DNA of 56,795 bases from a candidate division Kazan bacterium. Its GTDB lineage: Bacteria > Patescibacteriota > Kazan-3B-28. The notes under the pieces were generated by a model. That model was not told the origin of the DNA. It saw only the letters and a program-made list of their open reading frames with translations, and did not search any database. Positions within the stretch are counted from its first letter, which is position 1; the number at the start of each line of letters is the position of its first letter. The translations under genes and the position numbers were made by a program. Location of the stretch: assembly GCA_003647645.1 (NCBI GenBank), contig QMNG01000004.1, positions 1 through 56,795 of the forward strand, in the 5' to 3' direction. Below are positions 31,065 to 40,473 of this stretch, in pieces.

Positions 31065-32426
31065 ATGAGTAATGTTACCGTTGTGGGTTTGCAATGGGGA
31101 GATGAGGGAAAGGGCAAAATCGTTGATTTGCTTTCGGAGCAAGCCGACATAGTCGTGCGTTTTCAGGGAGGGAATAATGCCGGGCACACATTAGTTGTCA
31201 ACGATATTACTTACAAACTTAGCCTTTTGCCCTCAGGAATCGTGAGAAAGGGGAAATTATCCGTCATTGGAAATGGCGTGGTTATTGACCCCTGGTCTCT
31301 GGTGGACGAAATAGAACGAATCGGTAAACTGGGTGTAAGCATCACTCCCCAGAATTTGATAATTGCAGATAATGCCTGTTTGATTCTTCCCCTGCACCGG
31401 GATTTAGATGCCCTGCGGGAAGAGAATGCAGGCCCCAAGGCGCGGATTGGCACACTTAAGCGGGGAATCGGACCAGCCTATGAGGACAAAGTCGGACGTC
31501 GGGCTATCCGAGCTTGTGATTTAGGGGAGAAGACAACGCTGCAGAACAAAGTGGAGCGGCTTTTAATTCATCATAATAGTCTGCGAAAGGGGCTGGGCGC
31601 AAAAGAAATCGACACTCAAGAACTTTTGGAATCTCTTTATAAAATTGCCTCCAAGATTCTGCCTTATGTTAAGCCGGCTTGGAAGTATCTTTATAATGCC
31701 AAAGGGCAAAATAAAAAAATTCTGTTTGAGGGAGCCCAAGGCGCTATGTTGGATATTGAACATGGCACGTATCCCTATGTAACCTCGTCCAATACTTATG
31801 CCGGCCAGGCGGCAGTCGGTTCCGGTATAGGTGTTGGCAGCATTGGATATATTTTGGGTTTGACTAAGGCCTACACAACCCGAGTTGGGGGCGGCCCGTT
31901 CCCAACCGAGCAAAGCAACAGCGTTGGCAAGTTATTGCAGGAAAAGGGCAACGAATTTGGGACTGTTTCCGGACGTTCACGCCGCTGCGGGTGGTTAGAC
32001 GCCTGCATGCTTCGGCAGACTGTAATTAAGGAAGGTGTTCAAGGGATTGCCCTGACTAAAATTGATGTGCTGGATTCGCTTAAAGAAATTAAAATCTGCG
32101 TTGGCTATAAGTTGGACGGAAAAAAGATTGATTACTATCCTTCGTCTCAGATAGCCCAGGCCAAAGTTGAACCCATCTATGAAACAATGGCGGGGTGGCA
32201 AACTAAAACCCAAGGCCTGCGCGACTTTGATGCTTTACCCAAGGCAGCCATTCGATACATCAAAAGGATTGAAGAGCTTCTTGGGGTACCTGTTGTAATT
32301 ATCTCCACAAGCCCTGAGAGGGAGGATACGATCGTAATTAAAAATCCCTATGCCACTGACAACACTGAAAATTTGTCTGCCCATTCGGCTTTATTAGGCC
32401 GTACTCTGGCTGACGCGAGCCGATGA
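31065..32426 (+). CDS. purA: Adenylosuccinate synthetase
   Basis: [39 protein letters not shown]. Confidence 0.96.
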   Translation: MSNVTVVGLQWGDEGKGKIVDLLSEQADIVVRFQGGNNAGHTLVVNDITYKLSLLPSGIVRKGKLSVIGNGVVIDPWSLVDEIERIGKLGVSITPQNLIIADNACLILPLHRDLDALREENAGPKARIGTLKRGIGPAYEDKVGRRAIRACDLGEKTTLQNKVERLLIHHNSLRKGLGAKEIDTQELLESLYKIASKILPYVKPAWKYLYNAKGQNKKILFEGAQGAMLDIEHGTYPYVTSSNTYAGQAAVGSGIGVGSIGYILGLTKAYTTRVGGGPFPTEQSNSVGKLLQEKGNEFGTVSGRSRRCGWLDACMLRQTVIKEGVQGIALTKIDVLDSLKEIKICVGYKLDGKKIDYYPSSQIAQAKVEPIYETMAGWQTKTQGLRDFDALPKAAIRYIKRIEELLGVPVVIISTSPEREDTIVIKNPYATDNTENLSAHSALLGRTLADASR

Positions 32427-32469
32427 AATAGGGTATAATTAGCAGGTATAGCAGATAAAAATAGAGATT

Positions 32470-33060
32470 ATGAATGTTGTTCCAATGGTTATAGAAAAAT
32501 CTCCGGCAGGAGAGCGGGCATATGATATTTATTCGCGCCTGTTGAAAGACAGAATTATTTTCATCGGCAGTCTGATTGATGATCAGGTGGCTAATATGGT
32601 GATTGCCCAGTTGTTGTTCTTGGAAAACGAAGATCCCAAGAAGGACATATTCATCTATATCAATACTCCCGGTGGCTCGGTTACGGCCGGCATGGCCATT
32701 TATGACACAATGCAGTATGTGAAACCGGACGTAGCGACGATGTGCGTAGGTATGGCCGCTTCAATGGGCTCGATACTGCTGGCCGGCGGGGCGAAAGGCA
32801 AGCGCTATGCTCTGCCAAACTCTCGTGTAATGATCCATCAGGTACTGGGCGGAGCCCAGGGGCAAGCGAGTGATATTGAGATTCACGCCAAAGAAATCTT
32901 GAGCTGGAAGAAACAGTTGAATGAGATATTGGCGTATCACACCGGCCAAAAAATAGGCAAAATCGAAAAGGATGCCGATCGCGACTTTTTCCTGAAAGCC
33001 CAAGAAGCCAAGGCCTATGGCATTGTTGACGAGGTGATGGAAACTAAAATCCCGGTCTAA
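32470..33060 (+). CDS. clpP: ATP-dependent Clp protease proteolytic subunit
   Basis: [24 protein letters not shown]. Confidence 0.98.
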   Translation: MNVVPMVIEKSPAGERAYDIYSRLLKDRIIFIGSLIDDQVANMVIAQLLFLENEDPKKDIFIYINTPGGSVTAGMAIYDTMQYVKPDVATMCVGMAASMGSILLAGGAKGKRYALPNSRVMIHQVLGGAQGQASDIEIHAKEILSWKKQLNEILAYHTGQKIGKIEKDADRDFFLKAQEAKAYGIVDEVMETKIPV

Positions 33061-33078
33061 TAATTATAGGTATTAAGG

Positions 33079-33978
33079 GTGAATAAAACGGATTTTTTCC
33101 CCGGCTTGGTCGGCCAGGCAAGGGCAAAAGAGATTTTAAATCGGGGGATTGAGTCAGGCAAACTGGCCCAGACCTTGATTTTTGTCGGAAGACGGGGCGT
33201 TGGTAAAAAGATGGCCGCCTTATTATTGGCAAATGCACTACATTCGAGAGGCAACGCTTCTGCTATCGGCAATGCTAATCAAGCGGGCAAAGCTGATACT
33301 TTTGTTTTTTCCGAGATTTTGGCTGAAATGCGTGAGCAAAAAAAAGAAAATCCGTTTATGGAAGCTGCTCGGTCCATTATTAAGTTTTTAGAAATGTCAC
33401 CTCTGTCTTCTGAAATGAAAGTGGCCATTATCGATAATGCGGATATGCTCACAGCTGGATCGCAAAACTCTCTTTTAAAAACTCTGGAAGAACCTCGTCT
33501 GAATGCAGTTTTAATTTTAGTTACGGAGGATGAAGATAGGCTGCTGCCGACGATTGTGTCCCGTTCTCGGATTATTAATTTTGCACCCCTTACTAATGAT
33601 GAAATAAAAAAGGTTGTCCCCGACGTTAGTCCGGAGATTTTAGAACTGGCAGACGGCAGTATCGGATTTGCCAAGCAGATGGCAGAATCTATAGATGCGC
33701 GGCTTGAATTAAACCAAATACGGGATTTTTGGCTTAGTATAAAAGATGCAGATATAGAAACAAAAATCTCTTGGGCAAATGACAAGAGGGACAGGCAGGA
33801 CGCGATAAAGTTTTTGGAAATAGGCCTGGTTGCGATTCGAAATCAATGGCTTGCAAACCCCACGATCATTGGAGCCAGAGTTATCTGGTTAATTCAAAGA
33901 ACTATTTATCAGATAAGAGAGAATGTTAATGCCCGGGCGGCGCTCGAGGCGATGTTGCTAGCGCCGGTTTTCAATTGA
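33079..33978 (+). CDS. holB: DNA polymerase III delta-prime subunit
   Basis: GRRGVGK, KVAIID, QNSLLKTLEEP, LLPTIVSR. Confidence 0.88.
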   Translation: MNKTDFFPGLVGQARAKEILNRGIESGKLAQTLIFVGRRGVGKKMAALLLANALHSRGNASAIGNANQAGKADTFVFSEILAEMREQKKENPFMEAARSIIKFLEMSPLSSEMKVAIIDNADMLTAGSQNSLLKTLEEPRLNAVLILVTEDEDRLLPTIVSRSRIINFAPLTNDEIKKVVPDVSPEILELADGSIGFAKQMAESIDARLELNQIRDFWLSIKDADIETKISWANDKRDRQDAIKFLEIGLVAIRNQWLANPTIIGARVIWLIQRTIYQIRENVNARAALEAMLLAPVFN

Positions 33979-34034
33979 GATAAAGGAAATTGGTTGCTAT
34001 ACTTGGCAGGTAAAAATAGCCTTAAGTTTAGCTT

Positions 34035-34604
34035 ATGTTAGAAATTATTATTTTTGTCGCTACAGTAATTGTGCTGATTATGATTTTGCGTAAATTGCCG
34101 GTAGATGCAGACGTGGCATTGAAGCAGGCCTCAGGCAGGGGCAGCCAGGAAAAAAATCAGCTAGCCGAAGCTGATGAGTTATTTGAACAGGGTGAATTGA
34201 AAAAGGCTGAGAAGATGTATCTAAAGTTGCTGGACAAAGATTCAAAAGATGCTACTTTGTATAACAAGCTAGGGCTTATCTATTTGGCGGATAAAAATTT
34301 TAAGGATGCTAAATCGTCTCTAAAGCAAGCGCTAAAATTGGAACCAGAGAATGATACCTTCTATAATAACCTTGGACTTCTGTACTATGAAATGGGCAAA
34401 TATGATGATGCGATTGAGGCCTATGAGGCATCGATTAACATAAATGACAAAATTGCCTCTCGTCTAATAAATTTAGGTTTGGCCTACTTTATGAACAAAA
34501 AGTACAGAAAAGCTGCCGATGCCTATGAAAAAGCCGTGATTTTAGACCCCCGAAATGAAAGCTATGTAGAACTTTTAAAAAAAGCAGAAGAAAAGATCAA
34601 ATAA
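34035..34604 (+). CDS. Membrane-anchored TPR protein
   Basis: N-terminal TM; repeated NKLG/NNLG/INLG...A...Y..A TPR units. Confidence 0.9.
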   Translation: MLEIIIFVATVIVLIMILRKLPVDADVALKQASGRGSQEKNQLAEADELFEQGELKKAEKMYLKLLDKDSKDATLYNKLGLIYLADKNFKDAKSSLKQALKLEPENDTFYNNLGLLYYEMGKYDDAIEAYEASININDKIASRLINLGLAYFMNKKYRKAADAYEKAVILDPRNESYVELLKKAEEKIK

Positions 34605-34622
34605 CGCCGATTGTGTACATTT

Positions 34623-34698
34623 GCCGAGATAGCTCAGTCGGCAGAGCGCACCCATGGTAAGGGTGAGGTCACGGGTTCGATTCCCGTTCTCGGCTCCA
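34623..34698 (+). tRNA. tRNA-Thr(GGT)
   Basis: GCCGAGA...ATGGTAA...TTCGATT...TCTCGGCTCCA. Confidence 0.96.
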
Positions 34699-34796
34699 GA
34701 ATTCACTCAATCGAACTATAGAGTCGAGTGAGTTCTGCCCTCCGAAGCGTTATCTGTATCACAAGAGGCGAATGTCCTATTTGTGACGGGATGAAG
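34699..34796 (+). repeat. tRNA-Thr trailer repeat, copy 1
   Basis: Colinear with 35110-35219 (GAATTC..TTCTGCCCTCCGAAG..TCACAAGAGGC..TATTTGT..GATGAAG). Confidence 0.85.
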
Positions 34797-34835
34797 AGAT
34801 GAAGAAAAAAGACGGGTTAACTCTTTTGATAATTT

Positions 34836-34922
34836 GCTGGGGTATGCAAGCGGTCAAAGCAACCGGTCTGTAAAACCGTCGGCTTTATGCCTTCGCAGGT
34901 TCGAATCCTGCCCCCAGCACCA
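34836..34922 (+). tRNA. tRNA-Tyr(GTA)
   Basis: GCTGGGG...CTGTAAA, long variable arm, TTCGAAT, CCCCAGCACCA. Confidence 0.95.
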
Positions 34923-35034
34923 CGCAAAACTCACTTCGTCCGTCGCGTGATGCAGCCATAATGTAAAATAGTTCTTTGCGTGAGCTGGGCGCTGCCATAT
35001 TTGGACAGACAACTCAAGAATTGTTTAACAACAC

Positions 35035-35109
35035 GCCGAAGTAGCTCAATGGTAGAGCAACCGCTTTGTAAGCGGTAGGTTGGGGGTTCGAATCCTCTCT
35101 TCGGCTCCA
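35035..35109 (+). tRNA. tRNA-Thr(TGT)
   Basis: GCCGAAG...TTTGTAA...TTCGAAT...CTTCGGCTCCA. Confidence 0.96.
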
Positions 35110-35219
35110 GAATTCGCTCAATTTTAATATAGCGTCAAGCGAATTCTGCCCTCCGAAGTGCTATCTATATCACAAGAGGCAAATGACTTATTTGTAATGA
35201 GATGAAGCAAAGGATGGGC
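35110..35219 (+). repeat. tRNA-Thr trailer repeat, copy 2
   Basis: Diverged copy of 34699-34796, closed by GCCCTCC...GGATGGGC. Confidence 0.85.
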
Positions 35220-35408
35220 AAAACTATTTTACACTTCGCCTGGCTACGCCGAAAGGTAGTTACAATAGTGTTTTTTATTTTCCTATTGCGTTTTTTGGGG
35301 CTTTGTGTATGATTTATCCGAAAGTATGGTGATCTCATTTTGTTCGAAGTTTTCGAGTGTGTGAGACGGTCGCACCTACGGTATATTATTCAAGTATTGT
35401 TAATTCAC

Positions 35409-35675
35409 ATGGAAGAAAACAAGAACAAGTTGTTTGTTGGTGGAATTAGTTTCGATTCAACAGAGGATTCACTGAGAGATCTATTTTCTACAGTTGGAAC
35501 TGTGGAATCTGCTGTTATCATCACAGACAAAATGTCTGGTCGCTCCAAAGGTTTTGGCTTTGTTGAAATGGGTTCTGAAGAAGAAGCTCAGAAAGCCATC
35601 GCTGAATTGGACGGCAAAGATCTTGATGGCAGAACAATTGCTGTCAATGTCGCTCGTCCAAAAGTCGACAGATAA
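35409..35675 (+). CDS. RRM RNA-binding protein
   Basis: RNP2 KLFVGGI and RNP1 KGFGFVEM. Confidence 0.95.
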   Translation: MEENKNKLFVGGISFDSTEDSLRDLFSTVGTVESAVIITDKMSGRSKGFGFVEMGSEEEAQKAIAELDGKDLDGRTIAVNVARPKVDR

Positions 35676-35689
35676 ATCAAATTAGAAAC

Positions 35690-35719
35690 AAAAAGCTCCG
35701 GTATGCATCGGAGCTTTTT
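35690..35719 (+). terminator. Intrinsic terminator
   Basis: AAAAAGCTCCGGT-ATGC-ATCGGAGCTTTTT. Confidence 0.75.
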
Positions 35720-35762
35720 GTTGTTGACTTTTACACTGTAGTGCTCAATAATATTCCTTGTT

Positions 35763-36209
35763 ATGGCAAAAAAAGTTTTAGCAGTTGTAAAGCTTCAGTG
35801 CGAGGCTGGAAAAGCTAACCCGGCTCCGCCAGTTGGTACTGCCTTGGGTCCCCACGGGATTCAGATTATGGATTTCTGCAAGCAATTTAATGACAGAACC
35901 AAAGATATGATGGGCAATGTTGTGCCGTCTGTAATTACTATCTATGAGGATAGGTCTTTTGATTTCATCCTTAAACAGCCACCGGCATCAGCGTTGATTA
36001 AAAAAATGTTGAATTTGGAAAAAGGTTCTGCCGTGCCTAACAAGGAGAAAGTGGCCAAGCTGACCAGAGCCCAGCTTAAAGAAATTGCCGAGAAGAAAAT
36101 GCCTGACCTAAACGCTAATAATATTGAAGCAGCAATGAAAATCATTGAAGGCACTGCTAAAAACATGGGTGTGGAAGTGCAGAATGGTCCAAACGGAATG
36201 AAAAAATAA
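35763..36209 (+). CDS. rplK: 50S ribosomal protein L11
   Basis: [28 protein letters not shown]. Confidence 0.98.
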   Translation: MAKKVLAVVKLQCEAGKANPAPPVGTALGPHGIQIMDFCKQFNDRTKDMMGNVVPSVITIYEDRSFDFILKQPPASALIKKMLNLEKGSAVPNKEKVAKLTRAQLKEIAEKKMPDLNANNIEAAMKIIEGTAKNMGVEVQNGPNGMKK

Positions 36210-36211
36210 TT

Positions 36212-36892
36212 ATGGGAAGAAAATATGCGGAGGCTGTTGCCAAAGTAGACAAGAAGAAGCTTTACTCCGTTGATGAAGCGCTGAAATTAGTGAGGGAGAC
36301 CTCACCCGTGAAGTTTGATGCTACGGTTGAGTTGCACGTGCAGATGGGTCTGGATCCCAAACAGGCGGATCAAAATATTCGGGGAACAGTCAATATGCCG
36401 GCTGGTACAGGCAAGGTTCAGAAAGTATTGGTTATCGCCGGCGAGGCAGATGCCCAAAAGGCTGCTGCGGCCGGCGCTGACTTCGTTGGTCTTGACGATA
36501 TTATCGAGAAAATTGAGAAGGGCTGGATGGATTTTGATGTGGTTATTGCCACACCGGATGTTATGCCCAAAGTTGGTAAATTGGGACAAACATTAGGCAC
36601 CAAAGGCATGATGCCGAATCCTAAATCTGGCACAATAACAAAAGATATCGAAAAGGTAGTTAAAGAATTTAAGGCGGGTAAAATTGAGTTTCGTTTAGAC
36701 AAAGATGCCATTATACATTTGGGGCTGGGCAAAGTTTCTTTTAAACTGGAAGATTTAAAAGATAATTTTAACGCTCTGATGGCAGCCATTAAGACAGCCA
36801 AACCAGCCAGCGCCAAAGGCACCTACATTAAAAGAATTACTCTCACTAGTACAATGGGACCGGGAGTAAATGTGGACGTGACGTCTATCTAA
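36212..36892 (+). CDS. rplA: 50S ribosomal protein L1
   Basis: KFDATVE, MPNPKSGT, STMGPG. Confidence 0.98.
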   Translation: MGRKYAEAVAKVDKKKLYSVDEALKLVRETSPVKFDATVELHVQMGLDPKQADQNIRGTVNMPAGTGKVQKVLVIAGEADAQKAAAAGADFVGLDDIIEKIEKGWMDFDVVIATPDVMPKVGKLGQTLGTKGMMPNPKSGTITKDIEKVVKEFKAGKIEFRLDKDAIIHLGLGKVSFKLEDLKDNFNALMAAIKTAKPASAKGTYIKRITLTSTMGPGVNVDVTSI

Positions 36893-36903
36893 ACTTTCTT
36901 TTC

Positions 36904-37130
36904 ACTACTTTTTAAAAAGTAGTATAAAACTTTATGCCAGTCAGCCTCTCTACGAACTAGTAGAGAATTTTTATGAAGGCTGACGCTAAACTCCCCCGAC
37001 AAGTCGGGGTCAAACAGTAGCTACGCTTCTATAAAAATTCTCTAAGTTCGTGACGCGCCGGCCTCCAATGGCTTGGATACTATAGCCAGAGTTCCAACGC
37101 GGGGTTATTTACTCTGCGAAAAGAAGGGAA
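36904..37130 (+). repeat. Dispersed structured element, copy G
   Basis: ACTACTTT/AAAGTAGT, AGAGAATTTTTAT/ATAAAAATTCTCT, AAACTC-CCCCGACAAGTCGGGG-TCAAACAG, CTCCAATGGC. Confidence 0.8.
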
Positions 37131-37189
37131 TTTATTGATGGTTTGTTTTGCCAAATAAAAGTTATGTTAGAATGGTATGTGGAGGAGAT

Positions 37190-37690
37190 ATGGCGAGACC
37201 GAGTTGGGATGAGTATTTTTTAGATATTATGGCATCCGTTGCCAGGCGGTCGACTTGCGATAGAGGGAGAAGCGGCGCTTTAATAGTAAAAAATAAGAGG
37301 ATTTTAACCACTGGCTATGTCGGTTCGCCGGTGGGTTTGCCTCACTGCGATGACGTTGGACATGAGTTTAAGGAGACTATCCATGCTGATGGTCATGTTA
37401 GTAAACACTGTGTTCGCACAGTTCATGCTGAACAAAATGCTATTTGTCAGGCAGCGCGGTACGGTATTCCCATTGATGGAGCGACTCTCTATTGTACGAT
37501 GACACCGTGCTATGTTTGCGCCAAAATGATCATTAATGCGGGGATTAAACGAGTAGTGGCAGAGAAAGATTATCAAGCCAGTGCCGAAACAAAAAGGGTT
37601 TTTAGAGAAGCAGGAATTCAATTCGAACTTCTTAGTGAAGACATCAAGGAATATGCTGATCAGATAGGGGAAAAGATTGGAGGCAGATGA
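37190..37690 (+). CDS. dCMP deaminase (ComEB-like)
   Basis: RPSWDEYF, RSTC, HAEQNAI, PCYVC; GGAGGA SD. Confidence 0.93.
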   Translation: MARPSWDEYFLDIMASVARRSTCDRGRSGALIVKNKRILTTGYVGSPVGLPHCDDVGHEFKETIHADGHVSKHCVRTVHAEQNAICQAARYGIPIDGATLYCTMTPCYVCAKMIINAGIKRVVAEKDYQASAETKRVFREAGIQFELLSEDIKEYADQIGEKIGGR

Positions 37691-38118
37691 AGGTAAAGAT
37701 AAAAAGAATAGACAAATCGCTGCCCCTGCCGACCTATGAAACTGCCGGTGCGGTATGTTTTGATTTGTCTGCAAGAGAAAGTGTTATTGTGCAGCCGGGC
37801 GGGTTAGCAAAGATAAAGCTCAACATAATTGTGGAAACTCCGGCTGGTTATATGTTGATGTTGGTGCCGAGAAGCTCTTTGCCGGCTAAAAAACCGGGAT
37901 TAATTTATCCTCATGGGGTGGGTGTAATTGATCAGGACTATCGTGGACCGGATGACGAGCTGATGTTGCAGGTAAAAAATGTCGGCAGTCAGTCGGTTGA
38001 AATTAAAAGAGGTGAAAGAATAGCTCAGGCTGGGTTTGTGCGAATTGAACATGCCGAACTAGAGGAAGTTGAAGAAGTTGCCGCTTCAAGCCGCGGAGGG
38101 TTCGGCAGTACCGGGTAA
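37687..38118 (+). CDS. dut: dUTPase (trimeric)
   Basis: FDL, PRSS, GVIDQDYRG, RIAQ, RGGFGSTG. Confidence 0.96.
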   Translation: MKVKIKRIDKSLPLPTYETAGAVCFDLSARESVIVQPGGLAKIKLNIIVETPAGYMLMLVPRSSLPAKKPGLIYPHGVGVIDQDYRGPDDELMLQVKNVGSQSVEIKRGERIAQAGFVRIEHAELEEVEEVAASSRGGFGSTG

Positions 38119-38123
38119 TCTCT

Positions 38124-38723
38124 ATGTTTATTGTATTTGAAGGGGGGGATGGTTCAGGGCAGGATACACAGGCAGATCTTCTGCAGGATTACCTGATTGA
38201 TTTGGGGTATAAAGTATGGAGAACCAGAGAACCGACCAAGGGGGAGATTGGTCTTCGAATTAAAAGGATTTTGCAAGGCAAAGAACCCAAGCTTGGCGCC
38301 TTTGAACTGCAGGAACTGATGTCCAAAGATAGGGAAGAACATGTCAAAGACATTGAGAAAAGTCTGAAAAACGGTGAGATTGTAATTTCCAGTCGGTACT
38401 TTTACTCGACTCTGGTTTATGGAATGGCTGATGGAGTTAAATATAAAAAGTTGTGGGATTTGAACAAGAATTTTCTGCGCCCGGACATGGTTTTTTATCT
38501 GGACTTGGATCCTGCGCTGGCTATCGAGCGCATTGAGAAACGGGGGCAGCCCAAGGAGTTATTTGAGCGGCAGGAATTTTTGCGTAAGACTAGACAGGGA
38601 TTTTTGAGTTTAAAGAACAAGTTTCCAGAATTTAAAGTGATAGACGGTTCAGGCACAATTGAGCATGTGCACAACCTGATAACTGCCGAAGTTCGCAAAC
38701 ACCTAGAAGAGGTTACGGTTTAA
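38124..38723 (+). CDS. tmk: Thymidylate kinase
   Basis: FIVFEGGDGSGQDTQ, TREP, SRYFYS, PD..FYLD. Confidence 0.93.
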   Translation: MFIVFEGGDGSGQDTQADLLQDYLIDLGYKVWRTREPTKGEIGLRIKRILQGKEPKLGAFELQELMSKDREEHVKDIEKSLKNGEIVISSRYFYSTLVYGMADGVKYKKLWDLNKNFLRPDMVFYLDLDPALAIERIEKRGQPKELFERQEFLRKTRQGFLSLKNKFPEFKVIDGSGTIEHVHNLITAEVRKHLEEVTV

Positions 38724-38808
38724 ATGACTCAGATGTTGAAGACCCGCTAAGCGAGGGGCTTTTTGGTATGATACAATGCAGTGTGGAAAATTTTCCAGGA
38801 GGTGAACC

Positions 38809-39717
38809 TTGAGAAAAACAAAGCAGCGGGCCAATGTACCCGAGTTGGATGCTATCCTCGAGCGGAAGTTTCAGGTTCTTGATCAGGGGTTCATCCGTCT
38901 GGTCGATTATCTTGGCACCGAAGCTCGAATTGTGCAAGCGGCACGGGTTTCGCTTGGTAGGGGAACCACTACTCCGCAGCGGGATGCGGAGCTGATTCGG
39001 TATCTCTGGCGAAACAAGCATACCAGTCCGTTTGAACAGCTCCAGATCACCCTTCATTGTAAACTGCCTATCTTTGTGGCTCGTCAGTGGGTTCGTCACA
39101 GAACAGCCCGTCTTAATGAGCTCTCCGGCCGTTATTCTAAATTGCCCGATGAGTTCTATGTTCCTGGCTTGGGGCGTGTCCAATATCAGGCAACAGAAAA
39201 CAAACAGGGTAGTGAGGGCAGTCTTCCCAAGGACGAGGCCAGCCAAATTGTAAGGGTGATGAACGCCGGACGGGTTTTAACCCACAGTAACTACGAGGGC
39301 ATGGTGAAGCGGGGTGTAGCGCGAGAATTAGCGCGGATTGATCTGCCCTTGAGCACGTACACCCAGTGGTATTGGCAGATTGATTTGCACAACCTACTTC
39401 ATTTCTTAATGCTCCGGTGCAGCGAGCATGCTCAGTGGGAGTTCCGCCAGTACGCTAACACGATTAGGGATGAAATCGTTAGGCGGTGGGTGCCCACTGT
39501 ATGGCAGGCGTTTGAGGATTTTACACTGAAGGCACTCCATTTCACCCAGCCTGAAGTTGGTCTTTTGGCGTCTGTGATTAATGCCAGGAAGCTTAAGAAA
39601 CTTGTTGGGCAAGTGGAGAACGACTCTGCTCGGAAAGAGCTAGCCGCTCAGATCGGTGTGTCAACAACGGAACTTAAGGAAGTATCCGACAAACTCCAAC
39701 GTCTTTTGGACACCTAG
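38809..39717 (+). CDS. thyX: FAD-dependent thymidylate synthase
   Basis: AARVS, HTSPFEQ, RQWVRHR...NELSGRY, RELAR, HAQWE. Confidence 0.97.
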   Translation: MRKTKQRANVPELDAILERKFQVLDQGFIRLVDYLGTEARIVQAARVSLGRGTTTPQRDAELIRYLWRNKHTSPFEQLQITLHCKLPIFVARQWVRHRTARLNELSGRYSKLPDEFYVPGLGRVQYQATENKQGSEGSLPKDEASQIVRVMNAGRVLTHSNYEGMVKRGVARELARIDLPLSTYTQWYWQIDLHNLLHFLMLRCSEHAQWEFRQYANTIRDEIVRRWVPTVWQAFEDFTLKALHFTQPEVGLLASVINARKLKKLVGQVENDSARKELAAQIGVSTTELKEVSDKLQRLLDT

Positions 39718-39735
39718 AGTGTTTCAAGGGATACG

Positions 39736-39762
39736 GGCCCTGCCGTGAGGCGGGGCTTTTTT
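39736..39762 (+). terminator. Intrinsic terminator
   Basis: GCCCTGCC-GTGA-GGCGGGGC-TTTTTT. Confidence 0.75.
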
Positions 39763-39763
39763 A

Positions 39764-39792
39764 TTGACATAAATTGCCGTTGTGTTTAGAAT
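39764..39792 (+). promoter_or_regulatory. Putative sigma70 promoter of rplJL
   Basis: TTGACA-17 nt-TAGAAT. Confidence 0.7.
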
Positions 39793-39807
39793 AGCCAATG
39801 TATCCTT

Positions 39808-39896
39808 TAAAGACAGTAGGCAAACACTTAAGACCTACCGAGAAGGCGAGACAAGTCATTTTGTTTTAGCTAACTCGGTGAAAAGCCGAGGTTTTT
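39808..39896 (+). promoter_or_regulatory. L10 leader (ribosomal protein autoregulatory RNA)
   Basis: AAGACAGTAGG...TTAA..CCTACCGAG directly upstream of rplJ. Confidence 0.8.
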
Positions 39897-40421
39897 ATGC
39901 CCAAGTCAAGAGAACAAAAAGAGCAGGCAGTTGCCACCTTAACTAAGGAGCTAAAGTCTAACGATTTTGGCGTACTGACCGATTTTACCGGTCTGTCGAT
40001 GATTGATTTAGATAATTTCAGAGCTAAAGCCAGAGAACAGGGGGTTAAATATACTATAGTTAAGACCGCTCTGTTGGATATAGCTGCTGAAAACGCGGGG
40101 CTGAAAGACATTAAGACTGCCAAAACCGGCAAGAGTTATGCTCTGGCGTTGGGCGGTAGGGACGAGGTTAGCATTTCAAAGTTGATTCACGGATTTGCTT
40201 TAGCCAGTGATAGCAGAGTAAATATTGTCTGTGGAATCATAAATGGCGAGATCGCACCGGCGGAAACAGTTCAGCAGTTGGCAATGTTGCCGTCCTATGA
40301 AGAATTGATGGCTAGGGTGGCTGGCAGCATGAATGCGCCGGTGTCTAATTTTGTTTATTCTATAAATTACACATTACAGTCGTTTTATAACGTTATAAAA
40401 GCTATACAAACAACAAAATGA
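39897..40421 (+). CDS. rplJ: 50S ribosomal protein L10
   Basis: MPKSREQKE, DFTGLS, VKTAL, LAMLPS; position before rplL. Confidence 0.95.
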   Translation: MPKSREQKEQAVATLTKELKSNDFGVLTDFTGLSMIDLDNFRAKAREQGVKYTIVKTALLDIAAENAGLKDIKTAKTGKSYALALGGRDEVSISKLIHGFALASDSRVNIVCGIINGEIAPAETVQQLAMLPSYEELMARVAGSMNAPVSNFVYSINYTLQSFYNVIKAIQTTK

Positions 40422-40442
40422 CCCTTCGACTATGCTCAGGGT
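40422..40442. repeat. REP-like unit CCCTTCGACTATGCTCAGGGT
   Basis: Reverse complement of the unit at 29463. Confidence 0.7.
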
Positions 40443-40473
40443 AGATTAATAAAATTAATTTAGGAGAAAGATT

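Noticed and set aside
31065-32426. PurZ (2-aminoadenine pathway)
   Set aside because: It retains GDEGKG and overall canonical PurA motifs; no phage context or dATPase/MazZ neighbours.
34623-35219. CRISPR array
   Set aside because: Only two diverged ~100-nt repeats following tRNAs; no regular repeat-spacer period and no cas genes in the window.
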